DNA of 64,000 bases from Catajapyx aquilonaris (taxonomy: Eukaryota). The position numbers were made by a program, and so were the translations under genes. Every line of letters starts with the position of its first letter. Position 1 is the first letter of the stretch. Shown piece by piece: positions 39,301 to 52,700 of this stretch. The notes beneath the pieces were generated by a model. It saw only the letters and a list, made by a program, of their open reading frames with translations, was not told the DNA's origin and searched no databases. The stretch is from positions 1 to 64,000 of the forward strand of contig KZ538464.1 of assembly GCA_000934665.2 (NCBI GenBank), read 5' to 3'.

Positions 39301-42300
39301 CAGACATGCCTGAACGGGTTAGGCACGACACCGATTACCTTACTTACATTTTTTGAGCGACAAATGGAGCTAATATCGAAACAAACTATGCTAAGACCAA
39401 AACTTTAGATATTTCTTAACATTTCAAAACTGAAATCATTTAGATGTGTCTACAGATTTTCGAGATACAGGGTTTGAAAAATGGGACATTCTTTTTCGAT
39501 GACCCTGTACTTCTTGTCAGAGCAGGAGAGGGACAAAAAATTGGAGTAGGCATGGTATGGCAAGAGGGTCAATATATGGCCTCAGGATCAAGCCTAGACA
39601 CTATACGATGTTACTAGATTAGTCACGCTTGATCCCTCAAATGACAACCCAAGCGAATTTTTTGCAGATCCTTGCAAAAACGCGAAAAAACTGTCTGTCT
39701 AATTAGGGTTAAAATGATCTAAGATACCTGGTATCTCCTGTGGCACTTTTAAATTGGAAACAATACAAAATTGCAAATTTTAAAAGCAGATTTTTGCAAT
39801 ACCAGAATAAGACAGAGGGCAAACTGAATTTCACTTTTTCATCATACTTCATTAGAAACATATTCCACTCAAATTTGTGATGGTTCATCTAATCATTGGG
39901 GATGCATTTATCTCTTTTTAACTCTTGCTTGAAAATATGTTTTTCCTGAGTTGCTTCCTCCTAATGACATTCTGCTGGTGAAGCATTACCCTTTGCCAGA
40001 ACCAGAACAAAATGCAATGGAAGTGTAAGTATCCAAGATGGGTATGGAAAAAAGAAACTTCATCTTCTTTTTAACCTTCCTTAGGGTATACATTTCTTCT
40101 GAGTAGCCCCCTTCTCTCACATTCACTAATGAGGGCCCTGCAGTGTGTCATGACCTGGCTTAAGTTTCAGGTATGATTCGAGTAAGTATCCTATTTGGGG
40201 TCGGGAAACGAGCAAGTGGGCACTGGGACAGAGTGGTGAGAGAGAATGAAGATATAAGTAGGGAGTGCATGTAGTGTAATAAGAGTGAACAAATGTGTAG
40301 TGCTGAGAGCTGAATTAGCATAGACAGTTGAATTAGTGTGGATGATTGAACATCTGCAAAAAATGGGAATCTCCACACCAAGTAGTTATGATTGCCATTG
40401 CACAAGCTTGTAGTTAGCAGAATCCAATAGAATCAACTTGCAAGGGAACAGCATCCACTAGCTGTCATTTTGCTCAAACCAGTCTCAACTGGTAGAGGTC
40501 GAATCATGCAACATGTTGCATTACAGAGGCTCTCTTTAGCCATGGTGTGATACTGCTGAAATATTAATCTAGTGATTTTTCTAACTAATAAGAACAATGA
40601 AGCACTCCTGGATACCCTGCAGCATGTGTATGTCAAAAGTGAAATTCATGAGGAAACATTTTAAGTGAAGTGAGGTAACAAAACCTGAAAATTTTCACCT
40701 CAAATGTTGCACTTTACTGATAATAAGCAATCATTCATCAAGTTTACCCTGTTTGAAGTGTTTTTTAAAATTTATTTTTGCATTGGGGATCAAATATTTA
40801 TATTAATGAATTTATTTAAAAAAAAACTCACATGTTATTGCTTAACCCAGATATGTCGAGTGTGCCCTATAGGGGACACCTGCACAGTTATTACATTTTA
40901 ATTTTTTGCACAGGTTCTTCTGCTGCTAAAGAGCTGGCAGTAGTGATGGGGGCTTCAGTAGAGTCCCAGCTAACTATACAAGTTCAAACCTGCTCAATAT
41001 TGCTTCAGATTTTTAAGATACAGGTGTTTGAATTTTAACGCAGAAAATAATGGCTGCACCTCCACGTTCCGAAGACGATTAGTAATTAATTCTCGAATGT
41101 TGATTAGCATTGTGAGTTATTTTTTGTTTGTAATACTTAGAAAACTTATGAATGATGATGTCCATGTGGAAATATAGGCATATTTTTTACTTTCCTTGTC
41201 TGAGGGTGGCGTTGAAATCGGGTGTCCCCTATGAGGGACACTCGGCAAATGCACCACAAATGGATCGGCAAGTCAAGCACCGGTACTCCAGGCTACTGTA
41301 TGCGTCCGGACTTTGTGCGTTTTGTCGAACTGAATTTTTATGAATCCCTATTTTTAAAACGAGGGTTACACGGCAACTGGGTTACCATGGCAACCATCGT
41401 AGCTATGCTGGTAACCCATTGCCATGTACAATCAAACATTATCATGCATACAAACTTTCTCTTTTGGGTAGAGTGAAGCCCCCCCCCCCCCCCCCCNNNN
41501 NNNNNNNNNNNNNNNNNNNNNNNNNNNNNNNNNNNNNNNNNNNNNNNNNNNNNNNNNNNNNNNNNNNNNNNNNNNNNNNNNNNNNNNNNNNNNNNNNNNN
41601 NNNNNNNNNNNNNNNNNNNNNNCCCCCCCCCCCTCCCGCCACCAACGACGTCTAGATCCGCCACTGGCGAAACCTGTGTATAGCAGAATAGCACGGTGCC
41701 CTAGAAAAATTGTAATCGACAAGTTTCCGCTGAAAATTACGATTTTCCTAGTCATCAGCACCAAACGGGAAAGACGAGTGGAAGTGAACGCTGCAACGGC
41801 GCAAAGCATTGTGGGCAGAGAGTGGGGGAGGAAAAAAAGTGGCGCTGTTGTTGCGGATCGCGTGCGAACCATTCGATGTCGGATATACATAGTACGGTAT
41901 ATCAGCCGTTTCCGCTATATTCGACACGGTATTTATGTCCTATTCATACGCCCGTTCCCGGAAAAATTTCGCAATGGACAAGTTTTTGTAACACTCAGGG
42001 TACGTTATGGACAGGTTTCACTACATATTTATCTAGAGTGAATCCTGTCCATAACGGACCCTCAACGTAACCGAAACTTGCCTATTGCGGAATTTTTCTT
42101 GTAACAGGCGCATGGAAAGTACACAATTTCCGCGTCGAATATAGCGGAAATTGTGTAATTTTCATACGCCAGTTACCAGAAAAATTCCGCAATAGGCAAG
42201 TTTCCATTATACACAGGGTCCGTTGTGGACAGGGTTCACTGTGTATTTATATACAGCGAAACCTATACATATCTGACTAGCAAGCGACTCTAAAATTCCG

Positions 42301-43644
42301 CAATGGACACGTTTCCGTTATACCCTCCTGAGACCAGAGAAGCCATTTGTGCAATTATTTAGTAATACTTTGGAAGAACCCTCTATAGTGGAGGTGTAGA
42401 AGCCATTTTTCAGAATTTCATATTTTTGTTGCAATCACTTATTGCAAATTTAGATGTCCTATATATAGGACACTGGGTCTTAGCTATAACATTCCTTCTC
42501 TATATTTTTCAATGAATTTAAAAAACACTTTCATCTTTATTTCAATACAGCAGCCTATATCTTACGTTTTCCTTGTATATACAGTATAGCCATACTAGAT
42601 GTTACATTTGCCGAGTGTCCCCTATAGGGGACGGCACTTTTCTTACAATCTAGCATTCCATAAATTTTTTTAACATTTTTGTTGTGTTTTGGAGACTATC
42701 ATGAACTAATAAAATCAAACAAAAACCAAAATGTAAACAAAAAATCTTTCAGGCATATCTGGGTTAAGCGAAATTAAGTGATTTGTTTGAAAATAAACTC
42801 AGCATGCATAATAATTATTACGCTACCATTTTCTTTGCAGGCAACGAGCACCAAGCGTTGACAGTGAGAGTGTGTCCTCTGCTGAGCTTAACAGTCCCGA
42901 AACAGATGAGTATAAGTTTGTGGAAAATACTCATGCTGCTCAGGTAATGGTGTTTCTGACATCTTGTACAGTGTTGGACATTAATCGAGTGATACTGCTA
43001 GCGACATTTTCCGAAGCGGCAGAAGAACGAATCTTGCTCGCATGGCTTGCACTCTCCATATTTTCGATTCGTTATTCTGCCACTTCGGAAAATATCGCTA
43101 GCAGTATGACTTGATTAATGTCCGACACTGTGCTATATCACTCAAAAAGATGGCCAGATGATTTTGCGTTGGGTTTCAATGCAAAATCATCTCCATAGTT
43201 TTGAGCAATATAGTACCTTTAGATTCAGAGTCTTGAAATTTTTGAGTAACACTTGTTGCCTCTTTACTGCCCTATTTTTGTCAATATTCACAGGTCTTGA
43301 GTGGTTTGAATGAACTTCGCCAGACTGGCAAGTTTTGTGATGTTACTCTCTGCATAGATGGTGAAACTTTTCCTGTCCACAGGAATGTGTTGGCTGCTTT
43401 TAGTCCTTACTTTAGGGTGAGCATATCTGCAATTATTTTTCTAATTTAATTCAATAACAAAATTGAAGATGTCGGAAAAGGATATGGTGGCAATTACATA
43501 TAGCAGATCTTTTCAAAAATGTGCCATTATGTTCTTGTCCTGTGATATATTCTGGTTTTATGGGTGTTCCAAGTATCAGGGTCATTTTTAGTCATCACTA
43601 AAGACCAGGGGGGAATTTTAGTCCCACTGCTAGTTACTTCAAAC

Positions 43645-43715
<71 letters not shown>

Positions 43716-46700
43716 CCCATTAAAGGGAACAGAGCCCTTTTACGGCGAAGAAAATTTCATAAGAAAAAATTGTTACCACCATTTTTTCGGATAAACTATT
43801 GTTTATCCGCACCTTAATAGCACTGTTAGGCGGGTGGGGGGCTTCCCGACGGTTGGCAACGTTGCGTCTCAAACAATCGGGTGCCTATTGATACTGCTGC
43901 ATGGTTACATGGAACTGTGCTTTATTCTTCTTTTCGGCCTTTCGGGGATTCAATTCGGGATTTTGAGGTGATTAAGTGGATGGAATAGCCCTTTCTCTTG
44001 GTGTTGCTGTATGGCTTTTTGTTACCGCAGCAGTAATGTACATTGTTGTGGCCTGTGCGTGATATTTTTAGTTTTTGCGGAGCGATAGCGGAGCTGGGCG
44101 CTTATTGTGGGTTTCTGTATCCGCAACATTTACTGTCCGTCTTGTGGCGCCGCAGGCCAACGACCGTTATTGTGGCTTTGCCAAGCGCAAAGTACACCTT
44201 CACACAGTCCGTTAAACCAACGAACTACATGACGCCAAGTTCCGCCCGCCACCACCCCTCCCCTCCAATCATGCTCACGACTCACTCTGCAGGCATACTA
44301 CTGCACACCCTCAGAAAACGCGGCTGGTGTGACATCATATCGTTCTTTGGGTTCACGGACTGCAGCAACCATCATGGCTTTCATATTTCCCACCTCCTTC
44401 ATTAATACTGTGGTCCTAGCACTCGTCTGAACGGTTCGCATGGCAGGGGTAAGAAGACGCCCTATGTTATGCTCTCCCGGAAACCGGTTGTTTGCAACGG
44501 GTAGCCAACATGTTTGGAGCACACGACGCCCTGCCAATCCCACCGCGTCGCTAGGTGCGGATAAACGATAGACTTTCCATTTTTTCTTATGAAATTTTCT
44601 TCGCATATTTCTCTCCGGTGCAGGGGTCAGGATAGGGATTTGTGAGGGGGGGATATGGGTGCAGGTGCGATGTCCGAAATATGGGGGTCGTGTGGAGTCC
44701 CCCAGGGGGCCAAGCTACAAGACAGCCCCCTAGGTGCGGGTCAGAAACACCCCACCGACACCGCACCTCCTCATGGACAGGACAAGGATAGGAAAGGAAG
44801 GAAGCGGCTGTGGCCTATTTTACGGTACGATCCCGGAATTTTTCCTGGGGCGACCTTGGAAAACCACAGAAAACTAAGGTCAGGACCTCCGGCCTCCGGG
44901 ACTCGAACCCAGGACCTCCCGATTAGCAGTCCGGTACCATATCCACTCCACCACTACTGCTTCGGATAGTTACTTCTAACTTAGCAGTCCCATATACAGG
45001 GTGTATCAGAGTCACAGGTCAAGCGAGGGGGTGGGAAAAAATCGTAGGTGGCGATAACCCCGGTCAGTTTTATAAAACAATCAAGAAAATAAGGGAGTAA
45101 TCGATTTTTTATTACGGAAATATGGCGTGACGTCACGTCCTTTCCGTTCGAACTGAGAGGCGTGGAAAGGTGAGTATGGTGTGTACAGCGGCTCTCTAGC
45201 CGTGCCGGTTGCACTGAACAAGGCGCTCTCATGCTCTCCCGCCTTCCCACGCAAAGCATGGGGCTGGGCTTGGACCTCGGCAACCCCTCTTTGCGACCTG
45301 CCCATGCAACGGTGCACCAAGAAATGGCGGAGGATGTCGAGCACCGATGTCTCTGTACAGGCAGGAATGACAGAACGCATACCGCGTAGACATCATCCTC
45401 ATTTAAAAATCGCGAAAAATGTTTCTTGCGGTGGACAGACTGCTGCGTGAGGCCGGTACCAGCCGGTACATTGCGAGGCAGGCGAGATACGTCAGATGCT
45501 TACAGTAGTACAGTGTGTAGTACACCTGTACTGTAGTACAGCACTGCACTGGCTAGATAATGCCTGTGTACAGTAGTGTAAGGTACTGTAACAGTACTGT
45601 ATCGCACATCATGACAGGTGCACCTTGGACCGCACGTACCATGGCAATGGAGGAAGACGTTCTGGACATGGTAGCCATGGACCCATCGATCAGCACCCGT
45701 GAAGTCGGGCGTAGAGTGCACAGCATTCATTCCAATGTGTGAAGGATCATCCATGACATCATCCGAGCGAATGGGCGCCAGTTCCAGGATTTCCCATAGT
45801 CACGTTATGCGTACTGACAGCCAACTTCATGGGTGCTGATCGATGGGTCCATGGCTACCATGTCCAGAACATCTTCCTCCATTGCCATGGTGCGTGCGGT
45901 CCGAGGTGCATTGTGAGATACAGTACTGTTACAGTACCGTACACTACTGTAAACAGGCATTATCCAGCCAGTGCAGTGCTGTACTACTGTACGCACCTGA
46001 CGTATCTCGCCTTCCTCGCAATGTACCAGCCGGTACTGGCCTCACGCAGCAGTCTGTCCACCGCAAGAAACATTTTTCCCGATTTTTCAATGAGGATGAC
46101 GTCTACGCGGTATGCGTGCTGTCATTCCTGCCTGTACCGAGACATTGGTGCTCGACATCCTCCGCCATTTCTCGGTGCACAGTTGCATGGGCAGGTCGCA
46201 AAGAGGGGTTGCCGAGGTCCAAGCCCAGCCCCATGCTTTGTGTGGGAAAGCGGGAGAGCATGAGAGCGCCTTGTTCAGTGCAACCGGCACGGCTAGAGAG
46301 CCGCTGTACACACCATACTCACCTTTCCGCGCCTCTCAGTTCGAACGGAAAGGACGTGACGTCACGCCATATTTCCGTAATAAAAAATCGATTACTCCCT
46401 TATTTCTTAATTGTTTTATAAAACTGACCGTGGTTATCGCCACCTACGATTTTTCCCCACCCCCTCGTGCGTGCTTGACCTGTGACTCTGATGGACCCTG
46501 TATACGCAACTAAGCATCAAAAAACGAGCGAATTTCAGCTTTCAGCGAATTCACTTCTGACCAAATGTATTCACGTAAATCGCCTGAGGAAGCAAGCAAA
46601 TTGTGGTATTTGTGTGACTACCCTCAAAATCGTGGTCATCTGTCAGAGCCAGATAGAAGTGAATATTTTTCCTGCGATTTGTATGATGTGACTGTAATAC

Positions 46701-49700
46701 TCAGGTCTGTACAACCGATGTTTTCATAAGGCTGGGGTAGGACTGTCAGGGTGCTGAACTACAGCAACTCTTATACTTGGAACACAACCTGTACTGTATA
46801 TCAGTACATACAAGAAAATGCCATATTATGTCTGCCAAGATGCGTCTGTCTGAAAGGCAGCACTGTTGTAGTAGTTAATGACACAGCCTTCCAAATGTGA
46901 GATCTGCATTTGATCACAAAGTCAGACGAGGAATTCCTCATGCGGACAGAGTTTCAGTGGGTTCTCTTGGGGATCTCCCCTTTCCCTGCATAATAATCAA
47001 AATCCACCAACACAGTAGTCACTGAATAAAGTCTGGTCAATAAAAACAGATCAGTTAAAGACCCTAGTCAATCAATCACAGGGTATCAAATCATGACAAG
47101 TTGTCTTTCTCCCTTCTCCCTTCTTTCTTCTTCCTTCTTCATGATCCACATTGATGGAAATCACATGGATGCTTCTGAATCAAGCTAGCATCTGGAAAGA
47201 TGAGGTGAATTCTGTAGGTAGTCAGATGGTCTCAGCCCCATATCTTTCAACTTTCTTAAGCAATGCATATTTAACTCTTGTTTATGCTGTCATCAGGACA
47301 GCTAGTCTGGTCTCACACATTTGAAAGCTTTGAATTTGTTGATACATTAACCTTTGTACTGGCACAGCCTAGCCTAATTAATCAACCACATTCAGTAGTG
47401 TCTCTGCGCTACTCTTGTACTGTATAGGAATACCAGTTTGATAAGAATGTGTGCCAGATTTCATCTTTGTGGATATATGAGATGACATTAGGATTGCCCT
47501 GCATTCAATCATAATGATGTGTAAGGGGTCATTCATTCTCTGGAACCTCATTGCCCAGATAATGAGTTTTTTATATGTGTAGCAAAGCCCTGCCTAATTT
47601 GTAAATTTTCCCAAAGAATACTTTTTATGGTATCACATTGTTCGAATTCAGTGCTCTGGATGGATATAGGAACAAATGAAGGAATTGAAATATATCCGGA
47701 GATCTTTTTAAATATTGCTAGCATTACAAAAACTGAGATATTGAAGATGAATAAATATTTTGTATACACAGAAAATATGGTACATGGATTTACAATCTTG
47801 AGAAGTACAAGTACACTTATTTGCAGTTCTGTTCTGTACAATGATTGTGTATGATGTAAAACAACGAATTCTTCCATGGCTGTATCAAAGGTTAGGCATT
47901 TAAAACATGATCAAATGCAGGACTCAGGTGGAAGGCTTGGACAATCACCACTACACCACTATGCTGTCCTTCAAAACAGCGTTTTGTTTTGAAGTGTACC
48001 AGTATTTCTACCCGCAGTTTATGTTTTGTCATATCAAATACGAGGGCTATTTTTGTGTGAAGTTCCGAAGAGCTGTGGTTTAAAAACCAGAGTGATGAAA
48101 AGATTTTTAATACTTACAAAAGTTAGAGTCTACATTCTTATGCTATTTTTCCACTAGTCACCGTCCCGACTGAATCATCATTTGTCATAACACAGAACCA
48201 TCTTTTGTATGTCTTCCCCATGGAAGGTTGCCACCTAGGTAATGAGCTAACCTATCATACTTTTTCAGCTCTTCGTTGTTCTTGAATGCACTATTCACAA
48301 CTCTTGTGATAGCACAGCTTCCCCGTGACAATGTCAAAGTGCTGACCTCAAAATATGGGGGAAAATCAGACAGGTCAGAAATTGTGACCTGATGCCCTCT
48401 AAACTTTGTTGACTTTTCAACAACATCGTCAGTCGTCACAGACTTTCTCCCTTGACATTCCTAATCATGGACATCAATTTGCCCTTCTTGCCAAGCTTCT
48501 TGCAAATGCTGACACAGCAATGTCACTCATGTACTTTTTCTCCACACATATTACATGAAGACCTGGGGGGAAGAAAGATCAAGGTCCACCTCAGGTGAAA
48601 CTAAGATACAGTATTCCAATTTTAAATTTTGAAGGCCCATAAGGTTCCATTGTAAATCCCACTTTTGGGGCCTTCCATTGTGACTTATGATCATTACTCC
48701 ACAACCACGACCAAACCATCATATTCTACGCGACTCAAAGTATCTTCTGAGATATGTAACTCATTTTTGACAAAAAGGGGACCTTGATCGTTCTTTCCCT
48801 GAGGTCTGCACATGATCTCCTATCAATTTTGGCCGCTTTGTGTCCTTTAGCTTGGACAAATCTAATTACAGAGCAAACCTCACATTTGGCGGGAGCATCG
48901 ATTATATTAGGGTTACAAAAGATGGTGCCACGTTATGACAAGTCTCTCAATCAGGAAGGTGACTATGTTGAGAAGTAGCAGAAGGATGATTCTCACTTTT
49001 GTGAGTATAAAAATATTTTTCATTACTCTTGTTTTTATTTCACAGCTTATGGGAACTCAATTTTAAGAATAGTCCTCGTACATGTGCATAAGTTATTATT
49101 GGTTATAAATTCCGTATTTTTAAGTGGATAGTTTCTTTTTAGTAGAGCTAGGACTTACCCACGAAAAATAGTATATAAGCTGGAATTGTGTGGTTTAAAA
49201 ATAGTAATTTTGTGAGCCTGCGAGGGTATCAGTTCTTTGGACTATACTCATTTGGAGTTGTGTGTACTGGTAGGCCATGTTCACCACATCATTGGCTGAA
49301 GCCAACCAAGACCAAGTAGCACTGAATGGGGTGGATGGTCCTACTCTTCGGCTGCTCCTAGACTTTGCCTACACCAGTGAGGTAATCATCACTAAGCAAA
49401 ACGTGCAGAGCCTTCTCTCAGCCTCCAATTTATTGGAGGTGCTCTCTGTTCGTGATGCCTGCTGCCATTTCCTTGAGCAACATATGGACTCAAGTAACTG
49501 TGTGGGCATCCACTGCTTTGCCGAAGCTCATGCCTGTTGCGAATTACAATACAAGGCCCGAGATTATGCTCTCAAGTAATGAGAAGTGATGATTTGTGAA
49601 AGTAGCCAACTAGCTAATGACACTCTTTTTTTAGGCATTTCTCTCGTGTAGTGGAGCAAGAAGAATTTTTGACCCTCCCAGCGAATAAGTTGATTGAGTT

Positions 49701-52700
49701 TATAAGCAGTGATGAGTTGCAAATCGATGAAGAGGAGTCAGTGTTTCAGGCTGCTTTACGATGGGTACATCATGCGTTAGAACAGCGTAAAGTGGATTTT
49801 TACAAGGTAATATACATTTCTACATGCACTTTACAATGAGTCATTAAAACTGTTCTCTTTTTAGGTCCTGGAACATGTTCGTCTACCACTGCTAAGCCCA
49901 TATTTCCTCCATGATCTGGTAGAAAGTCAGGTAGTTATCAGGCAGTCTCCAGAATGCCAGCGTTTGGTGGAGGAAGCTCGTCTCTTTCACCTCCTACCTG
50001 ATAGACGAGCTGAACTGCAATCACAACGAACGCGACATCGTCGAAATGCTGGAACCATGCAGGTTTGTCACCTTCAGTTATGCAGGATGTAAGTGGGCAT
50101 TCTGGAAGTGTCGCAACAGTGTAGTGCTGGATTAGTCATCCCTGGAGCTGGGTTTGAGTTCCAACATGGACAATGGACCATTAACCCTCTGTCTCCCGCT
50201 CGCTTCTGCATGTTTTGGGTGGGGGTATAAAAATAGCGCCCTGGGTGAAAATCACTGGATCTGGCACCATTGGTTTTACTCTCGATTCATGCACAAGATG
50301 TGGCTGAAACATGTGGCATTAAATTCCTCGAAAAATGTAGCCCCCGATTAGCTAGTTTAAGGCGGTGTAGGGGCCTTCCCCTGGATTTCTATGAGGGACA
50401 AATATCCAAACTTATGTATATAGATTATGTATACAGGGTGTTAATGAATTCAATCGACAAACTTGTAGGGGTGTAATAGAGGGGACCAAGACAAACATTT
50501 TTGACATAGGAAACCGTGTCCGGAAACGCCATCTAGAGGGGCTTCCTAGACGAGGAACGGGTGCGCTCAGACGCGTCACGCGAGAGGCGCTAGTCGAGCG
50601 GACTGTTTTGTTGATAGATGGCGCGCAGGTGTTGCCAGGTTATGGCGTATCGTGTCGTTGTAAGTAAACAACAACGCGATACGCCATAGCCTGGCAACAA
50701 CAGAACCGCTGTTGACTATCCGCGCGTCTCCTAGGAGGCGGACTTTAGTTGCTAGATGACTCTGTTGTTGCCACATTATGGCACATCGCATCGTTGGTTA
50801 CTATCCGAGCGCCATCTATCAACAAAACAATCCGCTCACCTAGCGCCTCTCGCGTGACGCGTGTGAGCGCACCCGTTCCTCGTCTATGAAACCCCTCTGG
50901 ATGGCGTTTCCGGACACGGTTTCCTATGTCAAAAATGTTTGTCTTGGTCCCCTCTATTACCCCTACAAGTTTGTTGATTGAATTCATTAACACCCTGTAT
51001 AGATGTAACCATAATGTACGGAAAATGAGAGAACGATCTGACGTCATCACAGTTTCCATGGAAATATTCTCACAGAACAATATGAGTAAACAGTGTCAAC
51101 AAAAAGCAACAATGTAAGAAACGATGACGTCAGATCGTTCACTAATTTTCCGTACATTAGTAACAATTTTATAGTCACGTTAAAAATTTAAATTGGAATT
51201 TCAAACAATATTTTAAAATCGATGATTTCTTAAATTGATGGGTTGAGTGCACGAATGGACTAAGCGCCGAGAGGTGCGAATGGAGATAATTAGACCTAAA
51301 GTTACAAATCCCCTATATGTCCGTAATGTAAATAGTCAGCGTGCTAATTAAATTTAGACAGGAAGGAGTTGAGTTATCATATTGAAAATTAGTGCATAAA
51401 ATGGAAGATTTTTTCCTACGTTTGAAACTGCTGTTCACTCAAAATCGATGATTTTGGCGGTTAGGCCATTCGTGCACACAACCCCTCAATTATTCCTCTG
51501 GAAAGAGTTCCGACGTGAATTTTTTTCCTGAACACGGCGATCACTGTTACTTACCTTAATTCTATACAGACATTTTCACGTTAACATGTACAAAATTGAC
51601 TCCTACGTATTTGCAAAATTTTAGTTAAAAGAGAACATTTCCTCACATTTTTTCTATTGAAATAGCCTTTGCCAGGTGACTTAATGAAGGAGTTCCCAGC
51701 AGCATGTGATTTCCTTTTCATTGTAAATTATGCCTCTCACGTCCTTAGACAATTCCACATATTTTGTCACCATTTCTGTAGGAAAATCAAATGTCGATAT
51801 ACAGGCTCACATGAGGGTGCAACAGTTGGCAAAACAGTTTTGCCTCTCAGGGGATTTGGCTCTTCAGGTTTAGGCTGTCAGATATGTGACCCTTCATTAT
51901 TATATGCCCACTTCCATGAAATGAATGCTTCGATAACACTTGGCCGATTACGTATGAACCAGAATTTTATTCCGAAGAGTAAACAATCTGACTTCTCCCT
52001 AATTGCCGCAGACGGGTAGGTGGAGAAGGTTCAACAAGAGGAGACCCAAACTGCCTGGCTAGTCATAAAGCCTATGGGAAATTGTGGCTAAGATTTTAAA
52101 TAATTCATAATCAACCATAATCATTAAAATGTGGTGCATCCACACTACATACCAGGGTCATTACCCTGGGTTATGTAATGTTTAGAGAACGGATTTCTAG
52201 GATTTTACCTACTTTTTCTTTTGTAGGCAGAACACCGGAACGAAAATATATATCCGTTTCATAACACAAGGACCTCAAAAATCGTAGTTTTATAGAACGT
52301 AAAAATGCCTATTTCGGGTGTTCGGACTAGAGATGGGACTATCGATGTATCGATGGTTTACATGTGAACTATCGATATATATCGCCACTTCCCTATATCG
52401 ATAGATCGGATATCGATGGCTCAAAATTAGATATTTCGGCAACATATTGTAATAAAAAACTGGTAGGCTACTACTACTACTACTGACTAAATAATTACAT
52501 ATAATTTAATAAGCTAGAAATAATTGAGTTTTTTCTTTTACAATCTAATCCTGTCTCATATGTGCATTATGCATATGTGAAGTTTTTGCAAGTTTAGTTT
52601 TACCATTGTAAATAATGGAACTAAGAGAAATGTTGATTTACCACCTGACTAAGAGCATCTCTTTCTCCAGTGAAACTAACAATGTAGCATCACTTTACTT

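Noticed and set aside
45081..46513. Mirror-image ORFs of 90-190 aa on both strands
   Set aside because: Products of the palindromic mariner derivative's leader; not host genes.
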